Of a stretch of DNA of 64,000 nt, positions 27,411 through 37,488 are shown one piece after another; position 1 is the stretch's first letter; each line of letters opens with the position of its first letter. The notes beneath the pieces are model-generated. The model did not search any database, was not told the DNA's origin, and saw nothing but the letters and a program-made list of their open reading frames with translations. The stretch is from positions 27,744-91,743 of the forward strand of contig JBEKIF010000013.1 of the NCBI GenBank assembly GCA_050011895.1. Reading direction: 5' to 3'. A program made the translations under genes and the position numbers. The DNA is from Streptosporangiaceae bacterium. Lineage in GTDB: Bacteria; Actinomycetota; Actinomycetes; Streptosporangiales; Streptosporangiaceae.

Positions 27411-28931
27411 GTGCTAGTTCGATTAATGCGGCGGCCAGCTGGAGGATGCGTGATTATTGCGCGCGATGACAGCATTGTCATCGTGGGGGCGGGGCCGACC
27501 GGGCTGGTGCTTGCTGGCGAGCTCGCGCTGGCCGGAGTGCGGTGCCTGGTGCTCGACCGGCGGGACGCGCCGCGGTCTGACTCGCGGGCCATCTGCCTGC
27601 ACGCCCGCAGCATGGAGATGCTCGACCTGCGCGGCCAGGCAGAGGTGTTTGCGGGTGCTGGGCTGCCGGTTCCGTCGTTCCCGCTCGGCCCGAAGGGCAC
27701 CATGATCAGGTTCGGGGTGCTCGACTGTGACTTCCCCTACCTGCTGGACATGCCGCAGAGCCAGATCGAGCTGCTGCTGGCGGTCAGGGCGCTCGACCTC
27801 GGCGCCGAGATCCGCTGGGCGTCGCGGGTAACCGGGATCGAGCAGGACGGTACCGGGGTGAGCGTGACCACCGGTGACGGCACGGTGACCCGGGCCGCGT
27901 ACGCGGTGGGGTGCGACGGGGTGCACAGCTTCGTCCGCAACGCCATCGGGATGCCGTTTCCCGGCTTCCCCAATCCTGGCTCGGTTATCCTGGCCGACCT
28001 GCACCTGGACGGGCTGCCGATGACCAGCGCGTACGGCGATCTGTCCAAGGACGGCATGCTGCTGATGTTCCCGTTCAGGAATGGTTCTTGCCGGGTGGTC
28101 CTGTATGACTACGCGCGCGCGGACGCGGCCGTCACCGAGCCGGTCACGATCGAGGAGGTGCGGGCCGCCCTGCTGCGGATCACCGGCCACGATTTCGGGC
28201 CCCGGGACATGTACCGGGCGGCCCGCTACCGCAGCGAGAGCCGTCAGGCGCCCCGCTACCGAAGCGGCCGGATCCTGCTGGCCGGCGACGCCGCGCACGC
28301 GCACTCGCCGGCCGGAGCGCAGGGGCTCAACACCGGGCTGCAGGACGCGATGAACCTGGGCTGGAAGCTCGGCGCCGTCATGTCCGGCTGGGCGCCCGGC
28401 TGGCTGCTCGACTCGTATCACCATGAACGCCATCCGGTGGGCCGGGCCGTGCTCGCCTTAACCGGACGCCAGTTCAGGCTGAACACGGCGCGGACCCTGG
28501 GACGCCGGGCGCTGCGCTGGGCGGTGCACCGGCTGGTCGTGCCGCTGCCGCCGGTGCAGGCCCGGCTGGCCCGCGACTACTCCGGCGTCTCGATCAGCTA
28601 CCCGCAGGCGGATGCGTCGGCGCATCCAATGGCAGGGAAACGGCTGCCGCGTGGCATGGTCAGGCTGCCCGGCGGATCGGCCGTCCGGCTTTACGAGCTG
28701 TTTCGTGACGGCCGCTTCGTGCTGCTCGGGCCGTCCGGCGGCTCGCCGCCCCGTGATCTTCCCGGGCATGTCAAGGTGGTCACCTACGCCCAGGGCAGCC
28801 CGCCGATGCTGCCAGCCGAGGTGCTCGTCCGGCCGGACGGGTACGTGGCGTGGGCGTCCGATGAACGGGATCAGGCTGCCCGCGACGCTGCCGTCGGGGC
28901 GGCCGTCGCCGCCTGGTGCGGTCCCGGCTGA
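27411..28931 (+). CDS. FAD-dependent aromatic-ring monooxygenase (PheA/TfdB family)
   Basis: Dinucleotide-binding motif IVIVGAGPTGLVLAGELALAG and FAD-contact motif LAGDAAHAHSPAGAQGLNTGLQDAMNLGWKL. Confidence 0.8.
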   Translation: MLVRLMRRPAGGCVIIARDDSIVIVGAGPTGLVLAGELALAGVRCLVLDRRDAPRSDSRAICLHARSMEMLDLRGQAEVFAGAGLPVPSFPLGPKGTMIRFGVLDCDFPYLLDMPQSQIELLLAVRALDLGAEIRWASRVTGIEQDGTGVSVTTGDGTVTRAAYAVGCDGVHSFVRNAIGMPFPGFPNPGSVILADLHLDGLPMTSAYGDLSKDGMLLMFPFRNGSCRVVLYDYARADAAVTEPVTIEEVRAALLRITGHDFGPRDMYRAARYRSESRQAPRYRSGRILLAGDAAHAHSPAGAQGLNTGLQDAMNLGWKLGAVMSGWAPGWLLDSYHHERHPVGRAVLALTGRQFRLNTARTLGRRALRWAVHRLVVPLPPVQARLARDYSGVSISYPQADASAHPMAGKRLPRGMVRLPGGSAVRLYELFRDGRFVLLGPSGGSPPRDLPGHVKVVTYAQGSPPMLPAEVLVRPDGYVAWASDERDQAARDAAVGAAVAAWCGPG

Positions 28932-28949
28932 GCGGCGGGCCCGGGAGGC

Positions 28950-29972
28950 TTGATGGAAGGACGTCCGCGGCTGACCGTCCTCGGCAGCCTGAACATGGAC
29001 ATCTCGGTCGCGGTCGAACGGCTGCCCGCGCCCGGGGAGACGGTGCTCGGGCCGGCGGCGGTCATCGCGCCCGGCGGCAAAGGCGCCAACCAGGCGGTCG
29101 CCGCTGCGCGGCTCGGCGCGGCTGTCCGGATGGCTGGCTGCACTGGCGCCGACGACTTCGGCGGCGCGCTGGTGGCCGCGCTGGCAGCCGAGGGCGTGGA
29201 TGTCGGTGCGGTGCGCGCGGTCGCCGGATATGCGACCGGGATGGCGCTGATCACGGTCGACGCGATGGGGGAGAACGTGATCACCGTTGCGGCCGGGGCC
29301 AACGGGCAGGCCGGTTCTGCGGAGGCCGAGGCTGCCCTCGGCAGTGCCTGCGACTTGCTGATCGTATCGGCGGAGATCCCGGTGGCCGTGGTGGCGGCCG
29401 TCTTGACCGGAGCCCGTGCCGCGGGCACCCCGTGCCTGCTCAACCTCGCGCCGGCGCCCCGCGATGCGGCCGGGCTGCTGTCGGGCGGGGTTGACTGGCT
29501 GGTCGTGAACGAGTCCGAGGCAGCGGCGATCCTAGGCCGGCCCGTGGCGGGCATGACCGGGGCGCTGACCGCAGCCGGGGACCTGCGCCGCCTGGGTGCC
29601 AGGAACGCGGTCGTCACGGCCGGGGCCAACGGGGCCGCGCTGGCCAGTGACGACGGAGCCGCGCCGGGTGGCGGGGGCGCGGCGCCGGGCGGCCTGGGTG
29701 CCGCGCCGGGGCGCGGCCAGCCTGACCGCGCCGGCCTTGTCGCGGTTGCCGGGCTGAGCGTGCGCAGTGTCGACGCCGTAGGTGCGGGCGATGCGTTCGT
29801 TGCGGCTCTCGGAGTGACCCTGGCGGCTGGACTGCCCGCCGTCCAGGCGGCACGGGCGGCAGGTGCGGCGGGCGCCACCGCGACGACCCGCCACGGCACC
29901 CAGGATGCGTTGCCACGGCCGGGGGACATCTTCGCCGCCACCGGCCTGGCCTGGCCGCTGGCCCCCCGCTGA
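28950..29972 (+). CDS. Ribokinase / PfkB-family sugar kinase
   Basis: GGKGANQAVAAARLG and the C-terminal DAVGAGDAFVAAL anion-hole motif. Confidence 0.75.
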   Translation: MMEGRPRLTVLGSLNMDISVAVERLPAPGETVLGPAAVIAPGGKGANQAVAAARLGAAVRMAGCTGADDFGGALVAALAAEGVDVGAVRAVAGYATGMALITVDAMGENVITVAAGANGQAGSAEAEAALGSACDLLIVSAEIPVAVVAAVLTGARAAGTPCLLNLAPAPRDAAGLLSGGVDWLVVNESEAAAILGRPVAGMTGALTAAGDLRRLGARNAVVTAGANGAALASDDGAAPGGGGAAPGGLGAAPGRGQPDRAGLVAVAGLSVRSVDAVGAGDAFVAALGVTLAAGLPAVQAARAAGAAGATATTRHGTQDALPRPGDIFAATGLAWPLAPR

Positions 29973-29990
29973 CCTGCGCTGGGCGACTGG

Positions 29991-30785
29991 CTAGTTGTCT
30001 CTGGCCGGCTCGCCGTGGCCTGCGTTGGCGCGACCGCGGCCCCAGTACGCCTTCGGCGAGACCTGATCCGGCCGGAGCCCGCGGCTGGCCAGCACGTCAC
30101 GCAGCCGGGACACGACCGTGCCCTCGCCGAGCAGATAGGCATGGCCGGCGCCGGGGAGCAGTTCGACTTCGGCTGCCTCGGCGGCCAGCAGCCCGGCCTG
30201 GCCTGCGGGATTTCCGCCCCGGTGCAGCCAGCTGAGCCGGGTCCGGGCCGCCGCGGCGAGATCCTGCTCGTCGCCTGGTTCAGGGACCTCGATGATGAGC
30301 GTGGCAACCGAGTCGCCGGGCAGCGACTCGGTCATCGCGAAGATCGCCGGGAGCGCTGACTCGTCGCCGATGAACAGGTGCCAGTCGGCCGACGGTGACG
30401 TCGTGATCTTCCCGCGCGGCGCGATGCCCTCGATCTTGTCGCCCGGGCCGGCCGCGCGCACCCACCGCTCGCCGGGGCCGTCGCCGTGCAGGACGACGTC
30501 GATGGTCAGGAGCCGGCTGGCCGCAGCCAGCGCCCGGATGGTGTAGCGCCGCCGGACCGGGCGGTTTCCCTCCGCGGCGACCAGCAGCATCACGTCCTGG
30601 CCCGGCTGGTAGCCGAACCCGTCGAGCTGCGGCGCGGTGAGCTGCAGCCGGCGCATGTGCGGGGTCAGCGCCGCGGAGCTGACCACCTCGAGGTCCAGCC
30701 GGCGGGTGCCCGACAGCGGGCCGGCGAGCTGGGCGAACGGGTCTTCCAGGCCAGCCCGGACAGCTTGCGGCAGTGCTTCAGCCAT
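29991..30785 (-). CDS. Siderophore-interacting protein (FAD_binding_9 plus SIP domain; ViuB-like reductase)
   Basis: RRYTIRA FAD-binding motif and GDESALPAI. The start was placed at the internal Met (MAEALPQ); the ORF track extends to 30980 with an unlikely Arg-rich leader. Confidence 0.65.
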   Translation of the reverse strand: MAEALPQAVRAGLEDPFAQLAGPLSGTRRLDLEVVSSAALTPHMRRLQLTAPQLDGFGYQPGQDVMLLVAAEGNRPVRRRYTIRALAAASRLLTIDVVLHGDGPGERWVRAAGPGDKIEGIAPRGKITTSPSADWHLFIGDESALPAIFAMTESLPGDSVATLIIEVPEPGDEQDLAAAARTRLSWLHRGGNPAGQAGLLAAEAAEVELLPGAGHAYLLGEGTVVSRLRDVLASRGLRPDQVSPKAYWGRGRANAGHGEPARDN

Positions 30786-31119
30786 GGCGCCCGCCTTCCT
30801 CTCCATCGGCGCCGCTAGTCGTCGGCAGCGCTCTTCGTCGGTACGCATGACGACGCCCCCGGAGCGATGCTCGCGAGGGCGTGCCAGGTACCAGTGTGCG
30901 GTCGCCTCTCGGCGAGTGGCACAACGCGGCTCCAGCCAGACGGTATTCCGCGAAGGCAGTAGTTGCGGCCCGGGGGACACAACACACTGGCACAGAAGGT
31001 GAACTCACCAGCGCCTCCCGCTATTCCGGGAGGCCTGCAGAATCTGCTCGGTCGCCCGGCATGTGGGACAGAGATAAGGTGAGCACTCTAGCTCGGGGCG
31101 GTTTGAGGAGCGGCTGCCG

Positions 31120-31368
31120 GTGACCCAGGACACCTCGCTTGTAGGCAGCATCGGCGTACTCACCGTGGCCACGCGAGGCCAGGCCGGACCCGGTGAGGTG
31201 CTGGTCAAGATCAGGGGCGGCTCCGAGTGCTACATCGCCTGGTCGCTGACCCCGATACCCAGGGGCGCGACCGTCCTGGTCATCGAAACCCGGGGGACCA
31301 GGACCGTCGATGTGAGCGCGTGGACCGATCCGCTCGATCCCTTCGCTGGCGGCTGGAATGTGCAATGA
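31120..31368 (+). CDS. NfeD-like OB-fold protein (short form, no TM)
   Basis: 82 aa with the pattern G..G.VLVKIRGG.E...AWSL..IPRGATVLVIE..G.R.VDV typical of the NfeD C-terminal beta-barrel. It is immediately upstream of an SPFH gene. Confidence 0.6.
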   Translation: MTQDTSLVGSIGVLTVATRGQAGPGEVLVKIRGGSECYIAWSLTPIPRGATVLVIETRGTRTVDVSAWTDPLDPFAGGWNVQ

Positions 31369-31411
31369 CCTCCCGGGCGGCGGCCCCGGGACGACCCCCC
31401 ATTGGAGATGA

Positions 31412-32587
31412 ATGATGCTCGGCTATCGTGTTCCAGCGCCTGACGAGGCGATGCTGATTTCCGGCGGCCGGTACGGGCGCAGCGGCGCGCCCTTCAAGGT
31501 CGTGACCGGTCACGGCGCCTTCGTGCTCCCGTTCGTGCGCAAGGCCAGTTTCCTCAACCTGTCCATGTACGAGGCTGAGGTTGCTGAGACCTGTGTCACC
31601 AAGCAGGGCATCTCGCTCAACGTCCGCTCGGTGATCGCGTTCAAGGTCGGCAACGACGAGGAGAGCATCGTCAACGCAGGACAGCGGTTCCTGTCCGACC
31701 AGGATCAGATGTCCACGCTGACCGGCCGGATCTTCGCCGGGCACCTGCGCTCGATCATCGGCTCGATGACGGTGGAGGAGATAGTCACCGAGCGGCAGAA
31801 GCTGGCCAGCGAGGTGCTCGACGGATCCAAGGCGGAGATGGTCAAGATCGGCCTGACCGTCGACTCGCTGCAGATCCAGTCGATCGACGACATGAACACC
31901 GGTTACATCGACGCGATGGCGGCGCCGCACAACGCGGCGATCCAGCGGCAGGCCCAGATCGCGCAGGCCCAGGCCAACCAGGCCTCGGCGGAGGCGCAGC
32001 AGCAGTCGCAGCGGGCCCAGGCGGAGTACGCGCGGCAGACCTCCGTGGTCCAGGCGCAGTACAAGGCAGAAATCGACAAGGCCCAGGCCGAGGCCGCTCA
32101 GGCGGGCCCGCTGGCGCAGGCCCAGGCGCAGATGAATGTCATCGCGGCCCAGGCCGACCTCGCGCAGCGCCAGGGCGACCTGCGCCAGCGACAGCTGGTA
32201 GCCGAGGTGATCAAGCCCGCCGAGGCCGAGGCGGACAAGGTGCGCATCCTGGCCAAGGCCGACGCCGAGCGCGTTCAGCTCCAGGCCGAGGCGGCGGCCT
32301 CGCACAACCGCATCGCACTCGACCGGATGCTGATCGATCAGCTGCCGCAGATTGTCAGGGAGGCCGCTGCTGGCCTGGCCGGCGCCAACATCAGCGTGCT
32401 GAATGGCGCGGATGGTCTCAGCGAGATAGCAGCTGGCCTGGTGGGCCAGGGCCTGACGATCCTGGATTCGGTGAAGAAGAGCCTCTCCGGATCGGCTGAC
32501 CGGATTCTCACCCCGGGTACCGAGCCCGTTACCGGGCAGTACGCGGACGGCAATGCCGCGCCTGAGCCGGGGCGCCCGCTGGGGTGA
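31412..32587 (+). CDS. SPFH/band-7 domain protein (flotillin-like, YqiK/FloA-type)
   Basis: SPFH core (ISLNVRSVIAFKV...TVEEIVTERQKLASEV) is followed by a long AQAQA coiled-coil (QAQIAQAQANQASAEAQQQSQRAQAEYARQ...). Confidence 0.75.
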   Translation: MMLGYRVPAPDEAMLISGGRYGRSGAPFKVVTGHGAFVLPFVRKASFLNLSMYEAEVAETCVTKQGISLNVRSVIAFKVGNDEESIVNAGQRFLSDQDQMSTLTGRIFAGHLRSIIGSMTVEEIVTERQKLASEVLDGSKAEMVKIGLTVDSLQIQSIDDMNTGYIDAMAAPHNAAIQRQAQIAQAQANQASAEAQQQSQRAQAEYARQTSVVQAQYKAEIDKAQAEAAQAGPLAQAQAQMNVIAAQADLAQRQGDLRQRQLVAEVIKPAEAEADKVRILAKADAERVQLQAEAAASHNRIALDRMLIDQLPQIVREAAAGLAGANISVLNGADGLSEIAAGLVGQGLTILDSVKKSLSGSADRILTPGTEPVTGQYADGNAAPEPGRPLG

Positions 32588-32844
32588 TTCCGGCGCAGCC
32601 GGGACTTCACGGCTATTCCCGGTCGCTGATCTGGCAGTTCAGCGAGTGCGGCCTAAATAGGCGTCTTTAGTTATTCGGCATATCATTTCGCTACGTTGCG
32701 TAGTCCGGTGACAACCATTCGTGACAGTCGCACGTCTAGTTGTTGTGAGGCTGTAGCGCTAAGTCAAGAGGTAGCTACTCATCGCCAGAAAGCTGCCGAT
32801 TTGCGGCCTGCAGCAGCTGCCCGAGCAGACCGGAGGAAAGACGA

Positions 32845-33630
32845 ATGGCTAGTCGCTTATCCCGCGCGGCTGGCGCCCTGGCGGGCGCCATCGCCGGCAT
32901 CACCGCGCTGAGCCTCGTTCCTGCGGGCGCCGCCACCGCCTCGTCACGGCAGGCCGGGCCGGCCGGATCGACGCGGCAGGCCGGGACGGCCGGATCGACG
33001 CGGCAGGCCGGGCGCCGGACCCCGGCGCGGCCGTCCCAGCCCGCCGCCAGGCCAGACGCGAGCGTGCCATGCGGTGCGTTCTGCGCGAGCTACTTCACCG
33101 AGAAATACGGGCCTGAATTCGTGCTGAACGATTTCCGCGGCCGCCAGGCCACCGGCACCCGGGTAACCCTCCGCTATGCCAGTAATAGCGACCCTGCCGA
33201 AGATTGGAGCATATGGCCGACTGGAACGGTCCGCCAGCTTGCCGCTTTCGGTATCGTCAGCCGGGCACTGGCCCTGCACTATGGCGCGGACCAGGCCTTC
33301 GAGGCCGAGTTCGCCCCGTACGGCACGCCTACCGGGCTGTGCGCCGGGCTGGCCGGCGGCGCGGCCAGCGGCGAGAGCGTGACGCTGCAGTGGTGCGGGC
33401 AGAGCGGCAAGACAGTCTGGGTTACCGACGCAGCAGATCAGGCCGGCAACTACGCCCCGCTGATCAACGGGTCAGACCGCAATTTCAGTGATCCGCAAGT
33501 GCTGACCGAGCCCGGCTGGCCGACTCGCTGGCCGCGTCCGCAGCTGATCAGCGACCGGCTGCAGAAGTTCGCTGACGGGACCGTCTACGACGATCAGATG
33601 TGGGACAACACCACCGGCGTGCTGCCCTGA
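32845..33630 (+). CDS. Secreted beta-trefoil (ricin-B-like) lectin-domain protein, paralog A
   Basis: Signal peptide (AGALAGAIAGITALSLVPAGAA). An STRQAG x2 linker repeat. A mature domain with three QxW-like elements (EDWSIW, LQWCG, TVWV). It is paralogous to the next gene. Confidence 0.5.
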   Translation: MASRLSRAAGALAGAIAGITALSLVPAGAATASSRQAGPAGSTRQAGTAGSTRQAGRRTPARPSQPAARPDASVPCGAFCASYFTEKYGPEFVLNDFRGRQATGTRVTLRYASNSDPAEDWSIWPTGTVRQLAAFGIVSRALALHYGADQAFEAEFAPYGTPTGLCAGLAGGAASGESVTLQWCGQSGKTVWVTDAADQAGNYAPLINGSDRNFSDPQVLTEPGWPTRWPRPQLISDRLQKFADGTVYDDQMWDNTTGVLP

Positions 33631-33932
33631 CGCCCGGACCTGCGCGGCCTGGCCGGGCGGTCGCGCGCCGTCTTTCGCCGGCCAGACCGGGCACGGCGGG
33701 CAGCGTACGCTGCCCGCCGCAAGGAGGCCAGGTCAGGCCGCCTGGCCGAGCGGCGCAGCGTACTGTTGCGACCCAACTACTCGTGGTAACGTGCTAACTA
33801 CTAACTGGCAGGGCGGGATTACAGAACGCTACCAAGCCAGGCATTATTCGATCAGCCGCGACCGGCCATTGCTTGACCGCCCAAGCCGCCGGAGTAGGCA
33901 GTCGGCCCCGCAATTCACAGGAAGGAATCACC

Positions 33933-34628
33933 ATGCCTAACCGCTTTACCAAGGCGTGCTACGCGATGGCGGCTGGCGTTGCCGTCACAGCGGCAATCGG
34001 CCTTACCGCGGCTGGCGCGGCAAGCGCGTCCACCAGCAGCGTCAAGCCGGACGCCACCCCGCCGTGCGGCTATCACTGCATCAACCCGTACACCGCGAAG
34101 TTCGGCCCGGGCTGGGTGCTGCAGAACTACCGGGCGATCAACGCCGTCGGCAACCCGCTGAAGCTGCAGTACGCCAGCAACACCGCTCCCGGCCAGGACT
34201 GGACGATCTACTTCCAGGGCTCGGTGAACTGGTTCTATCACCACGGCCTGGTGAGCGCGAGGCTCGCGCTCCACTACGGCCATGAGCCCGCTTATGAGCT
34301 GCAGTGGTCGCCCTACGGCGTGAACACCGGCCTGTGCCAGGGGACCAGCGCGCCGGCGGCCAACGGCCGCAAGGTCAACCTCCAGGAGTGCGGCGACAAC
34401 GCCAACACTGTCTGGGTGCTCGATTTCCAGGACGCTCCTCCGCACATCGGGTTCGTCCCGGTCATCGCTGGCTCGACGACCAACTTCAGCCAGCCGCAGG
34501 TGCTGACCGCCGGCACGCCGCCGACGGAGCAGCTGTACACCTACCGCATCCACACCTTCGCGGATGGATCGGTTGCCAACAACCAGCTCTGGTGGGCCTT
34601 CCCGGGCATGATCGGCCCGGCCATCTAG
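33933..34628 (+). CDS. Secreted beta-trefoil (ricin-B-like) lectin-domain protein, paralog B
   Basis: Signal peptide (MAAGVAVTAAIGLTAAGAASA). Same Cys pattern (PCGYHC) and QxW-like elements (QDWTIY, LQECG, TVWVLD, QLWW). The start is set at the internal MPNRF. Confidence 0.5.
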   Translation: MPNRFTKACYAMAAGVAVTAAIGLTAAGAASASTSSVKPDATPPCGYHCINPYTAKFGPGWVLQNYRAINAVGNPLKLQYASNTAPGQDWTIYFQGSVNWFYHHGLVSARLALHYGHEPAYELQWSPYGVNTGLCQGTSAPAANGRKVNLQECGDNANTVWVLDFQDAPPHIGFVPVIAGSTTNFSQPQVLTAGTPPTEQLYTYRIHTFADGSVANNQLWWAFPGMIGPAI

Positions 34629-34821
34629 TTGGCGCATGACTGAGGTGCCGGGACCGGGCCAGGCAGCGCAAGGCCACCCGGTCCGGCACTCCAGCCAGGT
34701 CAGGGCGCAGGCGTACCTGTCACGCAGGTCGCCAGCGGCCAGGCCAGGACCGCAAGGTGCCCCTCCGCCAGACCGGCGGGGGGGCATCTGCCGTTCCGGA
34801 GCCCGCTGGTAGAGAGGATCC

Positions 34822-35589
34822 GTGCGAGGTCTGAGTGAGGTGGCCCCGGGGATACTCGTCGCTACCGGTGAGCTGTATGTGACCAACACGACCGCCGTAG
34901 CCGGCCGCGGCGGCTGCCTGCTCATCGACCCGGCTGTGACACCGGGCGAGCTCCGGCTGCTCGCGGCGGACCTGGCAGCCCGGGGGCTGCGGCCGCAGGC
35001 GGGCTTCGCGACGCACGCGCACTGGGATCACGTGCTGTGGTGCCGGGAGCTCGGGAGCGCGCCGAGATACGCGACGGCGGCGGCGGCCCGGGCGGCCCGG
35101 CGGGACCGGGCGGCCCTGATCACCGCCGTCCAGGCTGCCGCTCCCGGGCACGACCTCGAGGTATTCGGCAGGCTGCGGCCGCTCGAGCCCGGCCAGGACG
35201 AAGTCCCGTGGGACGGCCCGCGGGCGCGCCTGCTGGCGCACAACGGGCACGCGCCCGGTCACGCTGCCATCTTCCTGCCTGACGCAGGCGTGCTGGTGGC
35301 CGGCGACATGTGCTCCGACATCGAAGTCCCGCTGCTCGACCTGGACGCCACCGATCCGCTCGGCGACTATCGCGCCGGGCTCGAACAGCTGGCCGGTCTT
35401 TCCGGGGTGCGGTGGGTCGTTCCTGGACACGGCTCCGCCGGGGACGCGGCCGCCTTTCGCGCCCGGGTGGCAGCAGATGTCGCCTATCTGGACGCTCTCG
35501 AGCGAGGCGACGGCTCAGCCGATCCCAGGCTGGCCCTCGACTGGCTGCGGGGCGAGCACGAACGGCAACAGGGGCACTTCCGGCGCTGA
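34822..35589 (+). CDS. MBL-fold metallo-hydrolase
   Basis: ATHAHWDHV (HxHxDH) and the downstream HGS ligand motif. The long opposite-strand ORF 35120..36688 is a GC shadow ORF. Confidence 0.7.
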   Translation: MRGLSEVAPGILVATGELYVTNTTAVAGRGGCLLIDPAVTPGELRLLAADLAARGLRPQAGFATHAHWDHVLWCRELGSAPRYATAAAARAARRDRAALITAVQAAAPGHDLEVFGRLRPLEPGQDEVPWDGPRARLLAHNGHAPGHAAIFLPDAGVLVAGDMCSDIEVPLLDLDATDPLGDYRAGLEQLAGLSGVRWVVPGHGSAGDAAAFRARVAADVAYLDALERGDGSADPRLALDWLRGEHERQQGHFRR

Positions 35590-35812
35590 GACCCGCGGCG
35601 GTCACGTTGCGGTTAATTGCCGTGCGCCTGACGTGCTGTCCGGAAATAATCGGCGGAATGGCACCGTCCCCAGGTCCGCTCGCCGGGCTGCGCCCCGCGC
35701 TGTTGCGGCGGCTGCGGCTGGACCGGGCAACCTGGCAGGCCACCCGCCGCATCCTGGTGAGGATCGACGGCCACGGCCTGACGGGCTGCCCGCATTGCTC
35801 CGGCCGGCCCGG

Positions 35813-36457
35813 GTGACTGGCGTGAGCGGGGTCAACGCGGTGGTGTTCGACCTCGGCGGAGTGCTGCTGGACTGGGATCCCCGTTATCTCTACCGCAAGC
35901 TCTTCGCTGGCGACGAGGCAGCGATGGAGCAATTCCTGACCGACGTGTGCACGCGGCAGTGGCACGCCGCACATGATCTGGGCGGCAGTGTCACGCAGGC
36001 CTGCGTGGAACTTGCCGCCCGCCATCCTGAGCAGGCCGAGCTGATCAGGGCCTGGGCAGAGCGGAGCGAGGAGATGGTAGCTGGCCCGATACCGGGCAGC
36101 GTGGCGATCCTGGCCGACCTTCAGCGCCGCGGCGTTCCCTGCTATGCGCTGAGCAATATGGAAGCGGAGACCTTCCCGCTCCGGTTGCAGCGGTTTGCCT
36201 TCCTGCGCTCGTTCGACGGGCACGTGATCTCTGGCCTGGAGGGGATGGTCAAACCGGACCCTAGGATCTACCGCCTGCTGCTGCGGCGATACGACCTTCC
36301 TGCCGCCCGGACGCTGTTCATCGACGACAACGCCGACAACGTGACCGCGGCCCGTGCCGCCGGGATGCGCGCGGTCCGCTTCGAGTCCCCGCTGGTCCTG
36401 CGCGGTCAGCTCGAGTCGATAGGCCTGCTGGAGCCAGGTTCCGCAGCCGCCGACTGA
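35813..36457 (+). CDS. HAD-superfamily hydrolase (subfamily IA)
   Basis: Motif I VVFDLGGVLLDWD near a GTG start at 35813. Motif S(N) CYALSNM. A C-terminal DD motif, LFIDDNADNV. Confidence 0.7.
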   Translation: MTGVSGVNAVVFDLGGVLLDWDPRYLYRKLFAGDEAAMEQFLTDVCTRQWHAAHDLGGSVTQACVELAARHPEQAELIRAWAERSEEMVAGPIPGSVAILADLQRRGVPCYALSNMEAETFPLRLQRFAFLRSFDGHVISGLEGMVKPDPRIYRLLLRRYDLPAARTLFIDDNADNVTAARAAGMRAVRFESPLVLRGQLESIGLLEPGSAAAD

Positions 36458-36707
36458 TCGGTAGCGGGCGCCGCGCGAGGCTGAACGCGATGGATGCGGC
36501 GTGCAGGCTGCGTCGAGCTGATTGTCCCGCTGCGCGACTGGCCACGCCCGTGAACGACCAGGAGCACTCCCGGGCGGCAGGGCCCGTCCCGCGGCGTCGG
36601 ACCAATGCGCCGCGCCGATGCGAGATCGTGATCCTGGAGTTGTATTCGCGGGGAGTGGATCGTCGTCATAGCAGGTGACGGGAGCCAATCCGGAAAGGAA
36701 TCAACCG

Positions 36708-37145
36708 ATGAGATTCAATCGCGTGCGGGTCGTTCTGGCGGCTGGGCTGATGACACTCGCCGGGACGACGTCCGCGGCCGTGCTGGCCGCAGGTCCGGCG
36801 TCGGCCAGTTCCAGCCAAGTGGTCGTGGTGAACTGCGGCCAGGGCCAGGTCCGGCCAGCCCAGTACGACATCGGCTGCATGGCCTCCCAGGAGTTCCTGG
36901 CCGGGCTGCGCTGGACGAGCTGGCGTTCGGTAGCCTTCGGCGGCGGCGTCCTGAAGGTGAACGACTGCACGCCAAGCTGCGCGAAGGGCACGTATATCAA
37001 GTACCCGGTCCTGACCGTCCTGTGGCGGGCCAGGCCGTGGCCGGCGCACGCCGGCCGGCGGTACTTCAGCCGCCTCACCCTTATTTTCACCGGCAAGCGC
37101 CCCGCCCATGTCCCGGTGACCCAGACCATCACGCTTCCGGCCTAG
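36708..37145 (+). CDS. Secreted hypothetical protein (signal peptide, 4 Cys)
   Basis: MRFNRVRVVLAAGLMTLAGTTSAAVLAAGPASA signal peptide. The mature domain has CGQGQ...GC...DCTPSC pairs. No family was recognised. Confidence 0.45.
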   Translation: MRFNRVRVVLAAGLMTLAGTTSAAVLAAGPASASSSQVVVVNCGQGQVRPAQYDIGCMASQEFLAGLRWTSWRSVAFGGGVLKVNDCTPSCAKGTYIKYPVLTVLWRARPWPAHAGRRYFSRLTLIFTGKRPAHVPVTQTITLPA

Positions 37146-37488
37146 GCGCGGCCGCCAATGCCATTCGCTGCCCTGGCGCGGGCTTGCGCGTAAGAAGCTG
37201 GTCCAGGTGCGCGGGCGCGGTGCGCGGTCGTTCATGGCATCTTCGCCGACGAGCGACCCCGTGCACCGCGCCCGTGCTGACCGCGCATGCCGCGCGGTCA
37301 GCAGGGGCGCAGTGACAGGCTGTGGTCCGTGCCTGTCAGGATGAAGTGGTCAGCACTGCGATGATTGGGGGCTGTCATGACGGGAGCCATGGGAGCCGGC
37401 TTCAGCATGCTGCGCAGCGGCAGGGTCGTCGGCTGGCACCGGAGGCCGAGGTGATGTTCAAGTATGCGGGCCCGCGGCGTGGTCACCG

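Noticed and set aside
27411-30980. FAD monooxygenase + ribokinase + siderophore-interacting reductase as a siderophore biosynthetic cluster
   Set aside because: No NRPS, IucA/IucC, acyltransferase or transporter genes are present. The orientations differ and the functions are generic, so it is more likely a coincidental neighbourhood.
35120-36688. 522-aa ORF on the minus strand
   Set aside because: It is Arg/Pro/Ala-rich with no motifs. It lies antisense to well-supported MBL and HAD genes. It is a typical high-GC shadow ORF.
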